From positions 1 through 45,960 of the forward strand of contig JAHBMJ010000504.1 of NCBI GenBank assembly GCA_018398765.1: a stretch of DNA of 45,960 bases. The letters run 5' to 3'. How positions within the stretch are numbered: the first letter of the stretch is position 1; each line of letters opens with the position of its first letter. The notes below the pieces were generated by a model. The model ran no database searches. It worked only from the letters and a program-made list of their open reading frames with translations, and was not told where the DNA came from. Made by a program: the position numbers and the translations under genes. This DNA comes from Chromera velia (Eukaryota). Positions 10,161 to 22,047 of the stretch are shown here, one piece after another.

Positions 10161-11110
10161 CGCAGGCTCTCGACCGACCCCCTCGATTCTCGCGAATGAA
10201 TTATTTTCTCGATCCTTCACTTTGGTCCTTTTCCCTCCTTCCTTCTTTCTTTCTTCTCTTTCCCCCAGCTCCGCCTTCTACCACTGGCTGACGGAAGGAA
10301 GAGGATGAACGTTCCGTCCTTCCTTCATGCCCCCCCCATGCCGCCCACACATCATTGCCAACCAAGAGGCCATCAAAGGAAGAGAGCAAAGGAAAGAAAG
10401 TGACAGAAAGAAACGTAAAAAGACGAAGACAAAAAAAGACGACTTCAAGGAAGGAAGGAAGGAAGGAAGGAAGGAAGGAAGAAAAGAAGATCTCCGACTG
10501 AAATGAATTACAGCCGGGAGGAACTAAGTAGTGGGAAGGAAAAATAGAATTACAGACAGAGAGAAAGAGAAAGAGAAACAGACAACCCCTTCCCCTCAAA
10601 GGTGCATGGGCGAACAACCAGCTGTCTGCCTCGAGAGCAAACAAGCACAGGCAGCTGTCCCACCCACCCACCCACTCAAAAAGTCCCCCCACCCCCCCTT
10701 CAATTACACAAACCTCCTCCTTCCGAGACACGATCCAGGCAGACAGACGGACCCGTCTCCTCTCCTTTTGCCCTCCCTTCAACGTCACACATCCCGAGAC
10801 AGCAAGGCAGGCAGGCAGGTCGTCAGGGTACGATACTGTGACTCTCGGATGTTCAAAGAAAGAGACAGAGAGACAGAGAGAGAGACAGAGAGAGAAGATG
10901 AGAGAGGAAAGGAAAGTAGGACAGAAGCGATCACAAGCACCGATGAACAAAAACGAAACACACACAAAAAAAGAAGCAACACACAAACGAATCCGGGTCC
11001 ACCACGGCGGTGGCCTTTCTCTCTGTCCTTCTCTTCCCATCTCAAATCCTCCTTCCCGTCTGTGTCCAGACACACAAAGAGAGACAGACAGAGCGCGTCT
11101 CCTCTCCTCC

Positions 11111-14100
11111 TCAGCAGAACCCAAAGCCCTCCCTGGCCATGGAGATTGCCTGCAGGAGTTTCGTCTTCAGGGACTCCTCCGACCTGCACGGGGAATTAAC
11201 GGAGGAAAGGACGAAAAGAGCATGTACGCGTGCAGAGGTGAAGGTGGAAATCTGAAAGGTAGAGCCCAAAAAGAGGGTTCGTCGGCACCCTCGACATGTA
11301 CGTGTAGCCCGTCGAGACCCTTTTTACCGATTGATTCACTTCACCACACACTGACTGACTGACTGACTGACTGACCTGTATGCGGGGAGGTCTAGTTGGT
11401 TGAAGCACGTGTGGGCAGAAGGCAGTCTCTCGTCCCCGAACGCTCTGCAGCAAGGAGGGAGGGAAAGGAGAAACTTATCTCTTAGAAAGAAGTCAGAGAA
11501 CGAGAAAAATGAATGAACGCTCATATACATGAAATCACGCAACAGCCGCACTGATACTCCTTCCAGACAGCCGTTCTTCTTTCTTGACACCCACTCCAGC
11601 AAAGACAGCTGATTCGTGCAGAAACCAGCGTGCAAGGACAGTTGCGTTGTCTCACTTATAGAAAGTTGAGCCTGTAAGTCTGACTTCCGACTCACTCACA
11701 CAGATTCACTCACCTGTGAATGGAGAATTTCTGAGCTCCCCGCATGCCCTGCAAAGCCCTGAAGCCCTCCAGAGGAACTTTCGAGGTTCCCGTCACAAAC
11801 TGCACACATACAGACATCCACACAGACAGACAGACAGACAGACAGACAGAGAGACATACATACACACAAACACGGCAGGGAAGGAAGACAGTGCACGGTG
11901 AGAGCAGACACAGTCTCTCATCCCTCCGACAGAGACGAAAAAAGACATTCAGAAGAGTCTCCCTGCCTGCCTTGTTGAAAAAGAAAAAGGAATTGACAAA
12001 GAGATCATATGCCTTCCAATTTTCCTTCACAGACAAGCCTTCACCCCCGTTCGTTCACAAATCCATCCTACTAGCTCCCCCCTGTTCCCTTCCTTCTCCT
12101 CTCACCTGGAGGAAATTTGCCAGTTGCGACTGATCGAAACTCTCCAGCGTTCTCCAGAACCACTGCACCTGCTCCGACTGCTCTGTGTACCCTGCGTACA
12201 TCGTGTGCTTCTTCAAGTCGCTGAGGTCAACCTCGGGAAGTCCACTCATCAACAGTTCCAGCTCCTGCACGCACGCACAACCGATCGAGGAAGGGAGGGC
12301 AAGGGATAAGGGGACAGGAATTCACTCACGTACAATGAATGCGCTTCTTTCTGCAGATTCACTTACGCCTCTTATTCCATCTACAGAGCCTTGAAGGATG
12401 GACGGACGGATGGACAGTCGGGGGCCAAAATGGAAGCACAGCTAGGGACAGAATCCCAACTCAGCAGAACCCTGCGTCAACCCGTGAAAAAAAAAAAATC
12501 CGGTTTGGAGAGTCTCCCCACACTGAAAACCCTGCCGCATGTCACTCTGTGTTCGTTCGAGCACTTTGAGTGCGCTCTCTCCGTTCCTCAATGAGAAAGA
12601 AGTGCACCACAAACAACGAGAGAGAGAGAGAGAGAGAGAGAGATATGGACATACATACAGGCAGACAGAGACAGACAGAGACAGACCTTGTCATCGAAAA
12701 TGCCCACAAGGTTGGGAGGGATGAGTTCATGGAACCCCGAGAGGATCGCCTCCAGTTGGGGTCTGATGGCCTCCGTCATCTTGTGCTCGCAGATCAGTTC
12801 GATGTACTCCTGCTTGTTCTCCTGCAAGCAAAAAGAAAAAGAGGAAAAAGAGGAAAAAGAACCAAAGGAGAGATGACATGTGAGGCTTCAGGGAGGTCTC
12901 ATGCAAAGAGAGACTCAAAGAGAGAGATACAGTCAGGCGGAGCGCAGCCCCAATCCATTCTTGAGATGTGAAAAAAAGAAACAGGCCTTTTACTGAAGAC
13001 ACTTAAGACACGCACACCAGACAGGGAGGGAGGCATGGTCATGTCCCTTAGTCGTTGTGCTCTTGTCGTGCTGGATGTGCGTGTCACTCCTTCAAGCATT
13101 TGAAGTCTCTCCAATTCCATCACACACCCCTTCCCTGTCCATTCAAGCAGCGAACAGCAAACCACCCCTCTTCCCCGATAACACACACTCACACACACAC
13201 AGTGTCTCTCTTCTCTCTCTCACACACACGCGCACACGCTTACTGACCTCCGTGACAGCCTCATCCTTCCCTCCTGGTTTCAGTTCCACGACCTTCTTCT
13301 TCCCGAACTCGTCTTCATCCACTGAGAATGTCAACTCGATGCCTAAATCCTCCAACGAGTGCTCAGAGATCATGTTCAGGTTCTTGTAGAACTCGGGATC
13401 CAACGCCTCGGCATCTGAGGGAGTGGTCTTCCTTCCCAGCAGATGCTTGTAGAAGGAACGCGCGAAGTAGGCCTCCAGGGAGATACTCTCCAGAAGCGCT
13501 TTTCCTATCACGCGCCCAATGAACTTAAAATAGTGGAGATGGTCGGGGTTGAAGTGAGAAACGGGGTTCGGGTAATTGAATTCGGCCTTCGTTCCGCATT
13601 GCCTGCAGGCCCATCATCACGTGGACACACACACAAAAGCTTTGCCTTCTTTTTGCAATTGCATGGGCAGTCAGTCAAGGAGAGGAAAGTTCCGCAACTG
13701 CCGGAATCGATGTTCACGAATGCAGGCAGGTAAACGTCTCCAGGTGCAAAGGGACGCAGGAAGAGAGAACAGATGGGCAGGGAGAGCAAGGCCTTGCTTT
13801 CAGGGAGAAAATTAATTGCACTGAGGAACGCAGGTTGAAAACTCCGTCAATCTGAGAAACAGGAAAGAAGGAAAAAAGACACATAAAAAGCAACCCCCAA
13901 GGTACGGAAAGAAACTGACTGGAAGAGCGCGTAGTTCGGGTTGAACATCTCTCTGGCGAGGATACCGAACCACTCCCTCGTCAGACCTCCCTGGTCGATA
14001 CCCTCCTCGCCCTGGAAGGTCACGTGGAGTTTGCCCTTCATCTCGTCACCTGCACACACAGCAAGAGGGGTGAGGCACCCACCGCAAGGAAGGGTTTCAA

Positions 14101-14479
14101 AAAAGAACCACAAATCGAATGCGCCCATGCAAACAGAGGAGGGAACCCAGGCAGCTGGGCAGGCCTCACTCGTGCCAAGCATTTCTTCACATGGAGCTGC
14201 AATCGAGAAAGAGCAGAAAAGAAACATGCCTGCAGCTGAAAAAGCAGTGGATGGAAAAGAGGAGAGAAAAGGAAGGAAGAGGGTGCCCAGCGTTGCACAC
14301 GCAAAACGCATTCCTAACAAGGCCAGAGAGGCAAAGATACAAATGTACACAGGCGATCTCAAAAAGAAGAAGAAGAAAAAAAAAGAAGAGAAAGAAAAAC
14401 CCACGGACGAACCGCTCCGTCCCTGGAGTTGATGGAAAGAATCGTCAAACACGAACTGCCGCCTCACGTGCAGGTTCAC
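11111..14479 (-). other. HECT catalytic domain (end of exon 29 to exon 36); catalytic Cys codon at 11405-11407
   Basis: Spliced translation [205 protein letters not shown] matches the canonical HECT consensus. Confidence 0.97.
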
Positions 14480-17400
14480 TGACGCAGCCCGCCAGTCCCC
14501 TCTCAGCGCACGGAGTCTCTGGCGGAAGAACGCCCGTTTATTGTCGAAATCGACTGCGGACGGACAGAGACGGATGAGCGTTGCGAGGCCTCCTGTGAGC
14601 AACTGCGGCTGTTGTTTGATAAGAGCGTTCAGTGCCCTTCGGTGCCTCTCGCAGAAAGCTTGGAGGTACCGGAATGGGGGGCTCTGTTGCAGTCGCTGCC
14701 TGCTCAACTTGAATGGCTTTTCCTGCTCGTCCTTGTTCTTCTTGTCCTTCGTCTTCACCTCACTCGCGATTCCTTCAGGCCCACCCTCAAGCAGAGAAAT
14801 CGAGGGCAATTCAAGATCCGCAGCAATTGCCACCTGCTGCGCCTGTAAGAACGCCTCGAGAAGAGGCAGCAAAGTGTTCAGAAGCATGGGAGGAGTGGGA
14901 GCTGCAGAAGAAGATCCCGCCCCTCTCCCCCCCTGCCCCCCACTCTGTCCTCCACCCGCCGCCGCCGCAGCAGCTGGGGGGGCTCCTGCCGCCGGAGCCT
15001 GCCCCCCTGTCGCGCCTCCTGCACCAGCAGCGGGAGGGGGGGCTGGTACTGCGCCCACAGGAGCGGCTTCAACGAGCATCTGCCGAATCATCTCTGCGAA
15101 GTCGCCAGGAGGACCTGCACCCCCGGCGGCAGCCTGTGCCGGTGCTTGTCCGGGAGCACCACCTGCTCCGGCCCGCTGGCCTGGAGCCCCGGTCCCGACA
15201 GCCGACTCTCTCCGAGGTTCCGAGAGGTAAGGGTCCGTTTTGGCAATAGCTCTGCACAGCATGAGAAAGACGACGAACCAAGAGAATTGAAATGGAGGAG
15301 AATACCGAGACGAGTCTCCTCAGCTTCAAGAGTCTACACCACAACACGAGAATGTACGCCAAAAAAAAAAAAATGGCGGCAACGGCAGTGCCAAGCATGA
15401 CGGGCAGACAAATTTCTTTCAAGTCATGTTCAAGGACAGACACACGTGATGACTCCAAGAAACAAAGAGACCACAAACAACAAAAGAAGCAAAACACCAG
15501 GACTCCAAGAAACAAAGAGACCACAAACAACGAAGCAAAACACCAGGACTCCAAGAAACAAAGAGACCACAAACAACACCAGGACTCCAAGAAACAAAGA
15601 GACCACAAACAAAAAAAGAAGCAAAACACCAGGACTGGAACTGAACCCAGCTGGGCATCCACATAGACAGAGATGGACCGCCCAACCGAAAGAAAGACTG
15701 ACGGACCGTAGACAAAGGTCGAGAGCGTTCCAGACCCTCTCGCAGTTGATGTCGTTGAAGAAGTCCCGCATCCTTGCGAGGGCAGCTGCCTGCAATGCCT
15801 CCTCTGCCTTCTTTCTCTGCCGTTCCAGTTCCTGAATCCGTTCCTTCTCCTTCGCTTCCTTCGCCTCTTTCTCAGCCTTTTCGCGCTTCTTCTTCTCTTC
15901 CTCGCTCTCCTCAGCTGGCGGCGACGAGGCAGGGACACCAGACCCTGAACCCGCCGTGTCCGTTGTTGCAGAAGGGGCAGTCCCACTGGCACCCTCTGCG
16001 GGCGCTGCTGCTTGTTCCTGAGCAGGCACCCCTGCTGTGGCTGTCGCAGGTGCGGCCTCAGCTGCACTGCTGCTACTTGCGGGGGCTGCTGAAGACGAAG
16101 AGGAAGAGGATGAGGAGGAAGAAGACGAGTAGGAAGATGAGGATGCTGACGCAGATGCAAGTGTCGTCTCCCCATCAGCTTCCTTGGCCCTCTCGAATTC
16201 TGCCGCAACCTCACGGAGCCGCTTGTTTGGTCGGAAGATCTCAGACAGCGTGTTGACAAGACGGACGAACGCAGTCCATCGAGGGTCCTGAGAGACACGC
16301 ACAGTCACAGCATGCATTCATAAAAAGCCGTCACGCTGAGGGTCCAGAATAACCCCGCCCCCCCCCACACACAGATGCACATTAGCTCGAATGCCGCGAA
16401 TACGAAACCCCTTGTTCCCTCACTCTCTCACTCTGTCGATTCATTCTTCACTCAAGAAAGAAAGAGGGGGTCACAAACAAAGGAGTTGGTCTTTCTTTTC
16501 GATTGAACGAACAGCCAGGACGTACAAAGACGTTGATTGGCATACGGTGGTTCTTGGAGCAAAACCGAAACATCTGCTGAGTCTGATCAAAGAGAAAATG
16601 ATTCCAGCCAGGCACACACACACCCTCCCTCTAGTTGTGTCACCGACCGACTAACCGACCTGAGTGTCCAGTTGAAGTTTCCCCAGGGCTGCCGTGTTGG
16701 CGTCCTGAGCAACTGCCACGGACACTGGTGCAGCCGAGGCGGCCAGTGCAGAAGCTGCCGCTGCGGCTGCCACAGGTGCACTGGAGGAGGAAGAAGCGCT
16801 GCCACTTCCTCCAGTCACGGTCTGCTCGTATGTGCTCAGAACTTCACGAAGATCGGAACTGATCACCTCAACCAGATCGCTTGCCGCCTTCCTCAGATGA
16901 CCGTATACTGCAGCCTGATGTCGCGCTGTCTCAAAAAGACACCCCACGATTTGAGCAGCCCACTGTCTCTGTGTCCCTGCGCCCCCACTCTTCTCCCTGT
17001 CCCTGTCATTTGCAGACGCAGAAGTCGAGGGAGGGGTGCCTGCCCACATCGAGACGTGAGACCTCGAGGAGGGGCAGCACAACAGTTGGGAGAGAACAGT
17101 CACACACTCAGGTGAAATGGCGTCGATGATCCTCTCGTGGAGGCTCTTGGCCGAAGAAGAAGAACTCGAAGAGGAACTTGAAGAACTTGGAGATGCACCA
17201 CGCAACCCCATCGCAGCAGAGAACGGAGACGGGTCATCCGTGTCCATCGGCACAGCAGCAGACGAGGAACTCGAAGAGGCAGACGAAGCAGCCGCAGCAG
17301 CAGCAGCCGGGGCATCCCCCGCGGCCCCGTCTTGCAACGCCTGCTGCCTCGCCCCTGCTGCCTTTTCCTTCTTGCCTCCTTTCGCTGCTCCCTTCAGGGC

Positions 17401-19426
17401 TCCAGGACGAGGCGAATTGGCAGCCGCCACAACGAGTGAGTGGATGGCCGCTAGGAGGTGTTCCATGTGGACAGAGGACGAGAGGAAGAGAGAGGACGAG
17501 GTCAGAGACTGCAGAGAAACAAAAGGAATGGACGAAAGACACACACAAAAGACATGATGGGATGGAATTGATGGATGAGTGATTGTTTCTCGGCTTTTAT
17601 TTCTTCACGAGATTCACTCATAGACGGAGGGCCTAGAAAAAAAACGGCAAAAGACCGGCGACCACCATGCTCGATCTTACTCACTCACCAGGAGAATATT
17701 GATCGGGTACGCCTGGGGGCTTTGGCCACCCCTCGGCGTCCCTCCTCGCGCTTCCCTCTCCCTTTCCCTGCCTCCCTCCTCCACAGCCCCCCCACTCACA
17801 CCAGTTGACCCGTTTGGCTGTGGCTGTCCTGCAGCAGAGAGTCCGGCAGAAGTTCCGTTGGGTTGCTGCTGCTGTGACGGCATTGGCGTCTCTGCGCGTC
17901 TTTTCTTTTTCTTCTTCTCAACAGACCCGTCCTTCTCCTTCCCCCCAGCAGCCCCGACATGATTCGGACCTCCATCGGACTCCCTGCGGGGCAATGCCCC
18001 CGAGTCTCTGTGGTCACCTCTGCTTTCCCCCTTCTCTCTCTTCTCACTCTCCCGGCCTCTCTTCCCACCCCCTGGGGTCTTCCGAGAACACACACCCGGC
18101 TCCTCTCCGTCCCCACCGGAGGCGGAGAGTCTCCCTCCAGCAGAGATGGAGAAGAAGGCAGGGTGCGTGACAGGCTCTGTGAAGAACTCTGCACACACGG
18201 GCTGTCTATCTAGAAGAGACCGAAGCTGTTCCAAGGCCCTGAAGGAGCCCACGTTCACAGCATACTCGGGCGTGTCGTCAAACAACAGTGCGGGACTCGC
18301 GGCAGGAGGGGGAGGTGGGGCCGCCGAAGAGGCACCAGCAGACGAGGCAGCTGCGGCAGGCGGAGCTTGAGGTGGGGCCTCAGGAGGAGCGAAGAGGCGC
18401 CGAGGGGGGAACCTCCTCGACGAACGTGAGGAGGACCCCCTACCCCCCACGGCTTCTCCTGCTGTTGCGGCGACAGAGGATGCCTGGACCGCAACGATAG
18501 CTCGGCTTCCATCTGCAAGTGAGGATGAAAGGAGCGAGGAAGACATGAAAGGGAGAGAGAGGGAGCCTGTCTCTCATTCTTTCTTGCTTGCACTCACATG
18601 GATCATAAGCCAAAAACCGCTTCTTTCCTTCCCTCCTTGGCTTGCATCCTCTCGTGCATCGCAGGGAGGCCACCTGGCTGACTCTCTCACTCACTCTACC
18701 TGGGGCGCCTTTTCAATTTCAGTTTCTGCTTCTCAAAGACCGATGAATGTTCATGGATGAATCAATGAATCAGAAGCCCCGTTCGATCCAATGAAAGGCA
18801 TGCTTGCAGACCGACTGACTGACTGACCGCCAGACGATCCCTCGTGGGCAGACCACAGCATTCTCATCAGAAGTTGGAGGAGGACCTGAACGAACTCAAC
18901 ACAATTGATGCAACAATCAGAGGCGTTTACGATTGTACGGTATCAGACTGACTCACCCCCCCCCCAAAGATGGACACTGATGGAAAGAAAAACGCTCTTG
19001 CAAGAAATTCCACACACAGCCTTCATTCATTCAGGTCTTGCATGAGGGAGACACTCAATGCGTTTATGTTCTCGTCTCTCCCCCATTAGATGTGAGCTCA
19101 ACCGGACTCTTTTCGATCCTGCCAAAACCCCGCACTGCTCCAAATTGAAAAAGAAATGGGCCGTCTCTCTCTTTGGCTCACACTCAGTCCCACCACCCGT
19201 CGCCCTCTTTTATTCTTTCTCTCTGTGGCACGCACGCGCCCAGACACGCACACACACGCACATTTCTCGGCCCACCTTCCTTGTCTGCGTGTGAGAAGAC
19301 ACCAGGTTGAGGAAGACCCTGTGGACAGAGAGTCTCGACAGAGGCCGTTTGAGGTACAGCAGCTTGCACAGAGACTCGAGGCCGCTCTCAAGAAGGGGGG
19401 GCTCCGGAGTCTCGTATACACGGGGA

Positions 19427-19470
<44 letters not shown>

Positions 19471-22000
19471 GAGAGAGAGAGAGAGAGAGGTACGCAAAGT
19501 GAGTGTAAGAGAGACAGAAACAGAGAAAGAGAAAGATATCCAGAAGGCAAGAATCCAGGACAGCGCGCAGAAAGGAGACAGAAAGAAAAAGGCAGGAGAG
19601 AAACCGACACATTTCACAAATGCCTGTACAAAGACTTTCAAGCCTTTCTCGGAGCGAGACGCAAACGGGCGAAGAAAATGAGAACACCACAGAAAAAAAA
19701 AAAAATACTCACCTCCTCCTCCAACACTGCTGAGTCTGGCTCCCAAACCGGCAAGAGCGTCACCGAGCATTTGAGCTGGCAGTGTAACTTGTCGTACTGC
19801 CCCCCTTCCCCCTTGTGCAGGGATCCTCAATTGAATCTCCCGTGTCACCCCGGCAGGTCCCGCTCCCAGCGAGTCTCTCAACATATTCAAAATATCCTCA
19901 GGCATCGGGAGCCCCCCAAGTGCCCCGCCGCCGCCACTCTGCCGTCCTCCCCTGCTCCTTCCAGCAGACTCTCTTCTACGTCCTCCAGTGCCAAGACCCT
20001 GCCCACCGTGCACCGCGATGGGTGTGAAGGCCATAGGTCCGCCAGGGCCCCCCATGGTGGACAACAGCTGGCTGAGAGGACCGTCAAGGAGCCGCTGGAT
20101 CTCCGCCAACGAGGGCGCCGCCCGGGGGACCCCTTGAACGTCCACCCCCTGACGTGATCCCGACCCCTGAGCCTGTGCGGGCGGCTGGGCCCGACTCTGC
20201 GACATGCGTTGTACTCGAACGCGGTTGTATCTTTCTCTCAGCAAATCTGCCTCAGCTCTGATTGAAGTTGGAAGGTCACGGAGGAAGGCGGGGTCAGCAG
20301 TCAGAAGCACTTCCTGTCGGAGTTCAGGATCGAGGGTGGCAAGGAAAGAAGCATTGTCCATCTCACCCTGCCCCCCCCCTCCCCCGCTTCTTCCCCCCCC
20401 CGAGTCGGGCAGGTGGGAATCGTCTATTGCTCCAGCCTCTACCAAGCCCCTGGCAATTTCACTCCGGATCCCTCCTGGAATCTCACGAAGAATTGCGGGG
20501 TCAACAGTCACCGCAGCCGCCTCGCCTCCAGCTCCACCTGCAGGCGGGGCTGCTGCTCCTTCTCCTCCCCCTTCCCCGCTAGTAGCGTCGCCTGAAGAGC
20601 CTTCGCCCTCACCGGCGGGTTGCGATGACTCGCCATTGGCCTCCGCAGACGCCATCACCACATCCCCCTCTCCACCTGCACTCGGACCTCCTTCACCACC
20701 AGAGCCTGGCGCCCCTGACGGTTGCGTAGATGACTCTGTGTCTGCTGCAGGTGCAGGAGCGGCAGCTGTGCCTGCGCCTGTGGCAGATCCGGTTGGGGCT
20801 GCTTCGGCCTGCGCACTCGAGGAAGCAGCGCTTTGCTGAGCGTCTCCATTCTGTTGTGCTGAGCCTGAGGCGGCAGCAGCCTGCTGTGCGGCTGCCGTCT
20901 CCCTCGACCGTCTGATGACTCTCCGATTCGATGCCGCCTCACGGAGCTGCTGTACAGCCGAGTTACTCAACGTCTGCAAGGCGTTAGTGACCAATTCCTC
21001 CCGAATCTCTTCGGGCATTTCTTGGAGAAACTCGGGGTCGGTCCCGGCCTCTGTCAGCACACGACGCTCAGAGATGTCCAGGGCAATTGCAATTGCCCGA
21101 ACGACGCGGTGGCTGAAGCCGAGGGGGGGACCTGCGTCCGCCTCCTCGACAATCTCAACCTCACCTTCACCATCCTGATCCTGTGGGGCTTCTGCCTGGG
21201 GCGGCGCGTCTGCTGACGAGACAGCACCAGGAGCAGGAGCTCCGTCACCCCTGGGTGCTGGGGGGGCATCTGCAGGGGCCATGACCTCATCACCCCCTCC
21301 GCCTTCACCACTTGCACCTCCCCCTGTCTGCGCCTCTGATTCCGCTGCCGGTGCTGCGCTGGATCCACTCACGGCCTCTGGCGCTGCAGGGGCAGGGGCA
21401 CTTTCAGCAGGTGCAGCTTCAGCTGCGGGGACAGGCGCGGGAGCAGCCGGGGCTTCAGCAGGTGCTGCTGCTTGAGGGGCGGCATTTGAATCGGCAGATG
21501 CTGCTGATGCCTCTCCCCCCCCGCGGGCCCCGCTGGGTTCTTCCACAACGACCCCCTCTACTTGAACTTCCATGGCCACAGGTTGGGATTCTCCCGAGCT
21601 AGCTGCGTTGCCACTCTCTCCCGCTGCAGGAGGCGCACCCTCTGGAGCTGCAGCCTGCTGCTGCGGTTGTTGTTCTGATGAGGGAGCTGTCGGGGGGGCA
21701 ACGGGGGCGGGGGCAGAATCGGGCGCTGCCGCTGGGGGAACGGGCGCCTGGCTGGTCCCCTCTGTTGCTGTTGAAGTCGGTGCCTCAGGCTGCCCTTCCT
21801 GCTGCTGGCTCTGGGCACCTGCCGTCTCGCCTCTCTCTCCTTCACCCCCACTTGCAGAGGCAGAAGCTGAGGGATTTGAAGGTGGCTCGGGTGCAGGAGG
21901 GGGGGGGACCACGGTCCTGAGGGTGGAGGGAACCGCCCGAGAGAACACTGCAAGAACAAGAAGAAGACGGAGAAGAAGAAGAAGAAGAAGAAGAAGAGAA

Positions 22001-22047
<47 letters not shown>

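Noticed and set aside
9607..11110. ORFs of 100-300 aa downstream of the HECT stop
   Set aside because: They are dominated by (GA)n/(GGAA)n repeats and are most likely 3' UTR or intergenic sequence.
15451..15636. CRISPR-like look of the ~30-bp repeated unit
   Set aside because: The intervening sequences are deletion variants of each other rather than unique spacers. It sits in a spliceosomal intron and there are no cas genes.
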